Below, piece by piece: positions 55,540-62,314 of a DNA stretch of 64,000 nucleotides. A program made the translations under genes and the position numbers. Source of the DNA: a virus; IMG/VR virus record IMGVR_UViG_3300033475_000015, one strand, 5' to 3'. The notes under the pieces were generated by a model. That model worked only from the letters and a program-made list of their open reading frames with translations, was not told the DNA's origin and did no database searches. Within the stretch, counting starts at the first letter, position 1. Each line of letters opens with the position of its first letter.

Positions 55540-55742
55540 GGCCGAGCGAGCTGAACGACCGTCGGTTATCGCCTCTTAAGCGGGTGGTTGCGGGTTCAAG
55601 TCCCGCCGAAGGCAGTACGACCGTGAGCCGGTGAACGGACGTTACGACGATCCGACCCGGGCAACCTCACGGCTCCACCTCCCTCGTAGCTCAATTGGCA
55701 GAGCACCTAAACACCGGCAGTCACCAACTCGCTCGCTCGGCC
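55540..55742 (+). ncRNA. Y RNA-like 3 (YrlA-type) with permuted tRNA module and 66-nt insert
   Basis: 12-bp terminal stem; anticodon loop CTCTTAA, T arm GCGGG-TTCAAGT-CCCGC, then D arm GCTC-AATTGGCA-GAGC. Confidence 0.8.
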
Positions 55743-55761
55743 GGGACCCAGTTGGTGGACC

Positions 55762-55894
55762 GCGCGAGCTGAATGAGAGTCGGTTATCTCTTTAGAAAAG
55801 GGCCGGTCCGGGTTCGAACCCCGGCGTCTCCACGTGGGGACGTAGTGTAATTGGCAGCACGGTAAACACCGACGATCAACCACCTTGCCCGCGC
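55762..55894 (+). ncRNA. Y RNA-like 4 (YrlA-type) with permuted tRNA module
   Basis: CGAGCTGAATG; T arm CCGGG-TTCGAAC-CCCGG; acceptor CGTCTCC-ACGT-GGGGACG; D arm GTGT-AATTGGCA-GCAC. Confidence 0.82.
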
Positions 55895-55996
55895 ACCCCA
55901 GTCCGGCCCCGATCCGTTTGGCCCCCCCGGCGGATCGGGGCCGGGCCCATCCTCGCCCGATGACTGCGTCATCGAGCCGAATGCTAGGAGATCGAC

Positions 55997-57691
55997 ATGA
56001 GCAACGCTTTGTCTCGCCACGGCCAGACACACTCGACCCCCCAGACGTCCCCGATCCCGGGCCGCGAGCCCGACATGGTCCAGAACGCGGCGGGCGGCTA
56101 CGCCTTCGCCAAGGACCTGTTCGAGCGACTCCAGGACTTCCTGATCCTGGGCACCGAGGGCAACACCTACTACGCCGACGAGAAGTCCCGCACCCTGCAG
56201 AACGTGCAGGTGGTGCACGACGCGATCCGGGCCGACGGTCTGCGGGCTGTCAAGCTGGCCGTCGAGATCTCCACGGCCCGTCCGGCCCGTGCCGTCAAGA
56301 ACTTCCCGGCCCTGTACACGATCGCCGCTGCGCTGTGCTCGGACGACCTGGCCACCCGCCAGGCGGCGGCGGGCTCGACCCACCTGGTCGCCCGAACCAC
56401 CGACCATCAGGCCCACCTGTTCGGCTACGTCAAGTCGATGAAGGGCAAGCCCGGCGGGCGCAACGGCCGGTCCCCGTCTGTCGGCGGTCCCGTGTTCAAG
56501 CGTGCCTGGACCAACCTGTTCGTCCAGGACCGGGCCGACGCCGTGGCGTACCGGTACCTCAAGGCCCGGTCCCGCAAGACCGGTGACGGCGAGCCCTTCT
56601 CTCCGCGCGACCTGCTGCGCATCGCCAAGCCCGTCCCGAACAGCGAGGTCCAGAGCACCCTGTTCGGCCTGATCTCTGGCAAGGTCAGCCCCATGGAGGC
56701 GAGTGGTGCGCTGGCCTCGTGCAAGTCGTTCTATGAGGCTCAGCTGGCCGACACCCCGGCCAAGGCGGTCCGGGCGATCAACGCCTACCACGTCCCGTGG
56801 GAGTTCCTGCCCACCGAGGTCCTGAAGCACCCGGAGGTCTGGGAGGCCCTGGTCCCGCACCTGGGCATGACGGCCCTGATCCGCAACCTGTCGCGGATGA
56901 CCCAGATCGGAACCCTCGGCCCCTTCAAGCGGGCCAACCGCCGGGTGGCCCAGCGGCTGACCGACCAGGCCGAGCTGCACGCGGCCCGGATCCACCCGTT
57001 CGACCTGCTGCTGGCCCTGAAGGTCTACGAGTCCGGCGCGGCCCAGCCGAATCTTAAGGCACCGGTCCGCACCTGGGACCCGGTGCCCGAGATCGTCACC
57101 GCCTTGAACGAGGCCTACGTCAAGTCCTTTGCGGTCTGCGACAAGATCCCCGGCAACCTGCTGGTGGCCGTCGACAGCTCGGGCTCGATGCAGGGCACGA
57201 ACGTCCAGCACGGCGGGTCAAATCTGGGGTCGGCCTATCGCATGGCCCTGGCGTTCGGCCAGATCCTGATGCGCACCTGGGGCGGCCAGGTCCACATGGT
57301 CGACTTCGACCAGGAGCTGCGCCGCAGCCCGCTGCGGGCCGACATGACCCTGTCCGAGATCAACCGTCTGCACAACGGCCGGGGCTGGGGTACCGACGCC
57401 TCGGTCGTGATGCGCTGGGCCACCCAGCACCGCCACTTCGTCGACGGGTTCGTCCTGATCACGGACAACGAGTCGTGGGCCGGGGACCGCCACGCCAGCC
57501 AGGCCCTGACCGAGTACCGCCGTACGGTCAACCCCAACGCCCGCGTGATCTGGGCGGCCACAGTCCCGAATGGCTACAGCCTCGGCGACCCGACCGACCC
57601 CGGCATGCTGAACGTCCAGGGGTTCGACAGCAACCTGGCCACCCTGGTCTCCTCGTTCATCGGGCCCGCCGTGCGGGCGCCGATGGGGTAG
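55997..57691 (+). CDS. rsr: Ro60-related TROVE-domain RNA-binding protein with vWA domain
   Basis: QNAAGGYAF, FLILGTEGNTYY, MTALIRNLSRM, RIHPF, VAVDSSGSM, GTD, ITDNE, DPGMLNVQGFD. Confidence 0.93.
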   Translation: MSNALSRHGQTHSTPQTSPIPGREPDMVQNAAGGYAFAKDLFERLQDFLILGTEGNTYYADEKSRTLQNVQVVHDAIRADGLRAVKLAVEISTARPARAVKNFPALYTIAAALCSDDLATRQAAAGSTHLVARTTDHQAHLFGYVKSMKGKPGGRNGRSPSVGGPVFKRAWTNLFVQDRADAVAYRYLKARSRKTGDGEPFSPRDLLRIAKPVPNSEVQSTLFGLISGKVSPMEASGALASCKSFYEAQLADTPAKAVRAINAYHVPWEFLPTEVLKHPEVWEALVPHLGMTALIRNLSRMTQIGTLGPFKRANRRVAQRLTDQAELHAARIHPFDLLLALKVYESGAAQPNLKAPVRTWDPVPEIVTALNEAYVKSFAVCDKIPGNLLVAVDSSGSMQGTNVQHGGSNLGSAYRMALAFGQILMRTWGGQVHMVDFDQELRRSPLRADMTLSEINRLHNGRGWGTDASVVMRWATQHRHFVDGFVLITDNESWAGDRHASQALTEYRRTVNPNARVIWAATVPNGYSLGDPTDPGMLNVQGFDSNLATLVSSFIGPAVRAPMG

Positions 57692-57814
57692 CGCTCACCG
57701 CCCCGACTCTCGGCCCCTCCGGTTCCGCCTCCCGGAGGGGCCGAGGCGTACCCGGGGCGGGGGGTGGTGTGGGGCTGGCCGGGGGCAACATCGGCCTTGG
57801 GTTGACTCAGTCCC

Positions 57815-57844
57815 TTGACACACAGGCAACGGTCGCCGTAAGAT
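57815..57844 (+). promoter_or_regulatory. Sigma-A-type leaderless promoter of the helicase gene, overlapping TTGAC-N5-GGCAA
   Basis: TTGACA-N18-TAAGAT; ATG 6 nt later. Confidence 0.7.
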
Positions 57845-57850
57845 GGTTGC

Positions 57851-59839
57851 ATGACGACGATCAAGACATGGCACCAGGCCGAGGCCCGGCTGGCCGAGGT
57901 GATGCCCGGATTCCGGTCCCGGCCCCAGCAGCAGGAGCTGGGTCAGCGGGTGGCACAGGCGGTCTCCGGCAACTCCGCCCACCCGGTCCTGATGTCTCAG
58001 GCCGGGTGCGGCGTGGGCAAGTCCCTGGGCTACCTCATCCCGGCGATCGCTGGCGGCGGGCGCACCATCGTTGCTGTCAGCACCAAGGCCCTGCAGGACC
58101 AGCTGATGGGCAAGGACCTGCCGATGCTGCACGACACCCTGTTCCCCGCGCTGACCTTCGCGTCCCTGAAGGGACGATCCAACTACGTGTGCCAGCGGGC
58201 GGCCGACAAGAACAACCTGACCGCCGCAGTCACCCCCGGCTCGGCCGGTGAGCGACAGGACCTGCTGCGCCCGGTCGACGACAAGACCTGGTCCGAGATC
58301 AGCGTCGACGCCGAGGGCTGCGTGGGCAAGGGCTGCCCGTTCCGCTCGGAGTGCCACTCCGAGCGCGCCCGACAGAAGGCCCTGAATGCCCGAGTGGTCG
58401 TGGTCAACACCAGCCTGCTGACCCAGGACCTGCGTCTTCGGGGCATGACCAAGGGCAACGCGTCCCTGCTTGGCGACTTCGACTTCCTCGTGGTCGACGA
58501 GGCCCATGAGATGCCCGACATCGTCTCGGGCGGCCTGTCCACCCGGGTCAGTCTGCGCCGGATCGTGGACTGCGCCAGCAAGCTGACCTACCACCTGTCG
58601 GCGGACAAGTCCGCTGCCTGGGTGAGCGAACTGGTGGACGAGGCGACCGCCTACTTCGACGGCTGCTCGGCCTGGTTCAAGTCCCAGGACGAGCGCACCC
58701 GCACCGCTGAGCTGGCCGAGGAGGACTTCGCCACCCTGGCCCGGCTGTGCACCCTGCTGGACCCGCTGCACAAGGCCACTCAGGACGCCGACTGCTCGTG
58801 CGAGCCGGGCGAGTCCCCCGACGGCGAGATCGTCGAGGGCTGCGAGTTCGCCCGCCGTATCGCCTCTCTGGCCACCGACCTCGAACTGTTCGCCCGGTCC
58901 GAGGGCTCGATCAACGTGGTCTGGATGGAGCGCACCCGCGCGGGCCAGGTTGCCCTGATGTCCAGCCCGGCCGAGGTCGGCGGATTCCTGGACTCGACCC
59001 TGTGGCACCCGAACTGGCGCAAGCCGGAGCGGGGGGAGGGTGGTGTGCCAGTCACCCGGGCGGCTCTGACCAGCGCCACTCTCGCCGTCGGCGGGGACTT
59101 CACCTACCTCGCCCGGCGCCTGGGCCTGAAGAACTACGACTCGATGGACGTCGGCACCCCCTTCGACTTCGAGCGGCAGGCCCGGACGTACCTGGCCTCG
59201 GCCGACGCCCCGAACCCCTCGAAGGAGTACGGGCGCTGGAAGATGTGGGCCCAGCGCGAGACCACCGCCCTGGTCAACTCGGCTGGCGGGGGCGCCCTGC
59301 TGCTGTTCACCTCGACCGCCGCCATGCGCGAGTCCTATGACGCCCTGCGCCAGCGGTTCGCCAACAGGGGCTGGCACTCCAAGATGCAGGGTGACGGCCT
59401 GACCAACCGGGAACTGTCCGACTGGTTCCAGCGCGACACCCATGGAGTGCTGTTCGCGACCCGCTCGTTCATGACCGGTGTCGACTTCGCTGGGGACACC
59501 TGCCGCCTGGTGGTCTTGGACAAGATGCCGTTCCCCGTGCCCGACGAGCCCGTATTCAAGGCCCGGTGTGCCGCCGTCGACGCCAGGTTCGGCGAGCGCA
59601 GCAGCTTCGGCCGGGTCTCGGTCCCCGAGATGTCGCTCGTGCTGATCCAGGCCTACGGCCGTCTGATCCGCACCGTGGACGACACGGGCGTGGTCGCCAT
59701 CCTCGACCCGCGCATGCGCGCCGGATGGGCCGCCCCGATCCGCAGGAGCCTGCCCCCGGCGCCCGTCGTGGGCTCTTCCGACGACGTGGCGGCCTTCTAC
59801 GGGACGCTGGCGCTCCGAACGTCCGGGAGGGCCGCGTGA
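57851..59839 (+). CDS. dinG: DinG/YoaA-family Fe-S helicase
   Basis: Q motif RPQQ, QAGCGVGKSLGY, four Cys, VVDEAH, TSATL, LLLFTS, GVDF, DKMPF, LIQAYGRLIR. Confidence 0.92.
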   Translation: MTTIKTWHQAEARLAEVMPGFRSRPQQQELGQRVAQAVSGNSAHPVLMSQAGCGVGKSLGYLIPAIAGGGRTIVAVSTKALQDQLMGKDLPMLHDTLFPALTFASLKGRSNYVCQRAADKNNLTAAVTPGSAGERQDLLRPVDDKTWSEISVDAEGCVGKGCPFRSECHSERARQKALNARVVVVNTSLLTQDLRLRGMTKGNASLLGDFDFLVVDEAHEMPDIVSGGLSTRVSLRRIVDCASKLTYHLSADKSAAWVSELVDEATAYFDGCSAWFKSQDERTRTAELAEEDFATLARLCTLLDPLHKATQDADCSCEPGESPDGEIVEGCEFARRIASLATDLELFARSEGSINVVWMERTRAGQVALMSSPAEVGGFLDSTLWHPNWRKPERGEGGVPVTRAALTSATLAVGGDFTYLARRLGLKNYDSMDVGTPFDFERQARTYLASADAPNPSKEYGRWKMWAQRETTALVNSAGGGALLLFTSTAAMRESYDALRQRFANRGWHSKMQGDGLTNRELSDWFQRDTHGVLFATRSFMTGVDFAGDTCRLVVLDKMPFPVPDEPVFKARCAAVDARFGERSSFGRVSVPEMSLVLIQAYGRLIRTVDDTGVVAILDPRMRAGWAAPIRRSLPPAPVVGSSDDVAAFYGTLALRTSGRAA

Positions 59840-59967
59840 GGGCCCGCGTGGCCGTCCTGGTGGCCGCCCTGGTCTGTGGGCTGCTGCTGTCCGCCGGGGC
59901 CTGTGACCCAAGCTGCACCGACAAGGTCCACCCCGTATCCAGCGGTCCCGAGGTCCGCTGCAACTGA
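59836..59967 (+). CDS. Small putative lipoprotein
   Basis: Hydrophobic leader ending LSAGA-C; GTGA-coupled. Confidence 0.4.
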   Translation: MRARVAVLVAALVCGLLLSAGACDPSCTDKVHPVSSGPEVRCN

Positions 59968-59999
59968 AAGTCGGCCGACCGGCCGGGAAGGAGCACCGA

Positions 60000-60482
60000 A
60001 TGACCACCGCACGGGAGCTGGCCAGGCTCGAACCCCCGCCCCCCATCGACTACGCGTACGCCACCCGGCGCCGGACCCTGGCCAACCTGATCGCCGACGA
60101 CCTGGGGTACCGCATCGTCTCGGGTCAGTACGGCGAGGGCGAGGTCCTGGACCTGCCCGGTCTCGAACGCCAGTTCGCCGTCTCGCGCAACTCCATGCGC
60201 GAGTGTCTGATCGCGTTGACCAGCAAGGGTCTGATCCTGAGCACCCCCAACACGGGCACGGTGGTCCGGCCCCCGTCCCACTGGCACCTGCTCGACGCCG
60301 ACGTGGTCCGCTGGATGCAGCTGTCCAACACCCTGACCGAGTCCGGCCGCGACTTCCTGCAATTCCTTGACACCGACCCGTGGGTGACCGAGTCCCTGGC
60401 CGGTGGCAACATGTTGGTGGTTCACCTGGTCCGGCTGCTCAAGGGCCTGACGGGACAGGGGGTGGTGTCGGGTGTCGAGTGA
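60000..60482 (+). CDS. GntR/FadR-family regulator (wHTH, truncated effector domain)
   Basis: RIVSGQY...LERQFAVSRNSMRECL...KGLI...GTVVRPPSHWHLLD. Confidence 0.85.
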   Translation: MTTARELARLEPPPPIDYAYATRRRTLANLIADDLGYRIVSGQYGEGEVLDLPGLERQFAVSRNSMRECLIALTSKGLILSTPNTGTVVRPPSHWHLLDADVVRWMQLSNTLTESGRDFLQFLDTDPWVTESLAGGNMLVVHLVRLLKGLTGQGVVSGVE

Positions 60483-60765
60483 GCTTCCGACCGTCTGCAC
60501 GTCCGGCCTGCTGGTGCTGTGGGCCCGGCACGGACAGGACCGCCCCGTGCTGGCCGAGTCGGTCGAGGTCTTCGGCCGCCCGATGGTGATCGTCCACCGC
60601 ATGATGAGCGATCAGGCCAAGGTGATCGAGTCCTGTGTCGACGGCTGGCTCGACATGGAGTACGACGCCGACCGCCGCCGACTGACCCTGAATCCGACCG
60701 ACAAGGGCCGAGACTGGCTGGTCGGCTGGCACGCCCGCCGGGGGGTGCACTCTCCGTGGTCCTGA
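60472..60765 (+). CDS. Hypothetical protein
   Basis: Overlapping ORF in run. Confidence 0.55.
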   Translation: MSSELPTVCTSGLLVLWARHGQDRPVLAESVEVFGRPMVIVHRMMSDQAKVIESCVDGWLDMEYDADRRRLTLNPTDKGRDWLVGWHARRGVHSPWS

Positions 60766-60929
60766 CCGTCGGTGCCCTGGGCGTGGTCATGATGGGCTGC
60801 GGCCTGCTGATGGTGCTTCGCGGCACCGACGACAAACTGATCGAACACCCCGTCCTGTTGCTGGCTGGCGAGCTGGTCGGGTTCCTCGCCGTGATTGCGG
60901 GCGGCGTGGTGGCCGTCCGCTCTGCCTGA
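60759..60929 (+). CDS. Small two-TM membrane protein
   Basis: VVLTVGALGVVMMGCGLLMVL...LLLAGELVGFLAVIAGGVVAV. Confidence 0.5.
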   Translation, partial: VLTVGALGVVMMGCGLLMVLRGTDDKLIEHPVLLLAGELVGFLAVIAGGVVAVRSA

Positions 60930-60940
60930 AAGGAATTGGT

Positions 60941-61594
60941 ATGCCCGTTACCGCAAGGGACGTCCTGGGTCCAAAGGACCTGAATTCCAGGTACTTCGAC
61001 TGCCTGCTGCACCTGCCGCGCGAGCCGTACACCGTGCTGACCCTGCGTGACGCCAACTGGTCTCACCGGGGCCGCTGGCACCTGTCTGGCTCGATGCACG
61101 GCCTGGCCGAGGACAGATTCGATCTGGCCATGTCGGACGGCTGCCAGATTCTGTACCAGGACGGATCGCGCGAGTCGGTCGACTTCTACCTGGTCAAGGG
61201 CAACCCGATCTATCAGGTCACCGAGGTGCACGGCCGGTTCGGCGTATTCATCAAGGGCGTGCCCCGGTACCCCAGGGGCAAGTCGGAGGAGCGGCAGGCC
61301 GGGGTGGAGGTCACCACCCGCCTGGTGCCCGAACTCCACCAGCTGCTGACCAAGTACCTTGGCGAGATCGACATGCAGCGCCGTACCTGGCTGGTCGAGC
61401 AGCTGCAGGCCCTGCGCGACCGGGAGGTGGCCGCCAGCTCCGCCCGCCTGGCTCGCCAGTGCGCCGACACCCTCGACCGCCTGAACGACCTGAAGATCCG
61501 GGTCGGCGAGGCCGTCCAGGACTGGCACGAGGGCGACGCCCACGACGAGGTGTTCGACCGCATCCAGAAGCTGCTCCACGCCGACGGATCCTGA
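60941..61594 (+). CDS. Hypothetical protein
   Basis: AAAGGA RBS. Confidence 0.7.
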   Translation: MPVTARDVLGPKDLNSRYFDCLLHLPREPYTVLTLRDANWSHRGRWHLSGSMHGLAEDRFDLAMSDGCQILYQDGSRESVDFYLVKGNPIYQVTEVHGRFGVFIKGVPRYPRGKSEERQAGVEVTTRLVPELHQLLTKYLGEIDMQRRTWLVEQLQALRDREVAASSARLARQCADTLDRLNDLKIRVGEAVQDWHEGDAHDEVFDRIQKLLHADGS

Positions 61595-61683
61595 CTCATC
61601 AGGACCCTGACGCCAAGGCTATCACCCGGCCCAACCCGGGTGATAGCCTGTCCTTTACACCCCCATTACCGAAAGGCAACCTC

Positions 61684-61899
61684 ATGCGCGAGTTCTGCGC
61701 CTTTGTCAGTATGCTGTTCGCGGCCGTCTGCGGGGCGGCCCTCGTCGTCGGCTGGAAGCTGCAGGACTGGCACGCCGCTGTCGTTCTGGTCGAGTGCGCG
61801 GCCGTGATGGTCGGAGGGGCGGGGGTGGTGTGGGGCGCCCTGTGGGGAGCTTGCGCTTTGGGCCGACGGGCCATTCTTGCCCGTCGCGCAAGCCGTTAG
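61684..61899 (+). CDS. Small membrane protein
   Basis: MREFCAFVSMLFAAV...; GAAAGG RBS. Confidence 0.55.
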   Translation: MREFCAFVSMLFAAVCGAALVVGWKLQDWHAAVVLVECAAVMVGGAGVVWGALWGACALGRRAILARRASR

Positions 61900-61912
61900 G
61901 TAGTCTGCCCCC

Positions 61913-62314
61913 ATGACCACCCCAGGGCGTCTGTATCAGCCCCTCGGCGACCGAGAACTGCAGATGGTCCGCCTGATGTGTGAATTCGGTTCCGACCTGA
62001 AGACCATCGCCGCCGTCATGGGCATCAAGATGACCACGGCCAGATCGATGCGGTACCGGATCGCCACCAAGCTCGGAGCGGTGAAGTCTGGACAGATGGG
62101 CGCGGGCTCGTCCAGCTGCCTGATGGTGGCCAATGCGTTCCGGTCCGGGCTGCTGAACGACGTGCCCCCGTTCGCGGCACCCTCTCCCGAGTACGCCCGG
62201 GAGAGGGCTGCCAACCCGTACGTGATCCGGTATGGGCGAGCCGGGACCGACATCGAGACCGTCAGCTACTGGCTGACCAGAAGGCCGATGCACGAGGAGA
62301 CAGACAGTGAGTAG
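61913..62314 (+). CDS. LuxR-type HTH protein
   Basis: LGDRELQMVRLM...KTIAAVMGIKMTTARSMRYRIATKLG; leaderless TAGTCT. Confidence 0.75.
   Translation: MTTPGRLYQPLGDRELQMVRLMCEFGSDLKTIAAVMGIKMTTARSMRYRIATKLGAVKSGQMGAGSSSCLMVANAFRSGLLNDVPPFAAPSPEYARERAANPYVIRYGRAGTDIETVSYWLTRRPMHEETDSE

Larger units (their letters stand above)
2500..61831 (+). repeat. Dispersed polar G-rich motif, consensus GGGG(C/A)GGGGGTGGTGT (core GGGTGGTGT)
   Basis: About 31 + strand copies (2500, 4665, 5248, 7599, 7973, 10090, 12065, 15043, 15627, 16753, 19902, 21722, 24317, 25951, 28611, 32709, 34086, 35514, 40438, 40723, 44142, 46576, 48041, 51029, 52442, 53251, 55122, 57754, 59031, 60458, 61816) and 5 - strand copies (9909, 16964, 28580, 30834, 44749), counted by eye. 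Confidence 0.9.

Noticed and set aside
55540-55894. Annotating the T-arm and D-arm matches as ordinary tRNA genes
   Set aside because: Arms are in permuted order and enclosed by Ro-binding stems next to a TROVE gene
2500-61831. G-rich repeats as a CRISPR array or as cluster-A-type stoperators
   Set aside because: Short, dispersed and irregularly spaced with no cas genes; orientation does not follow transcription, unlike stoperators
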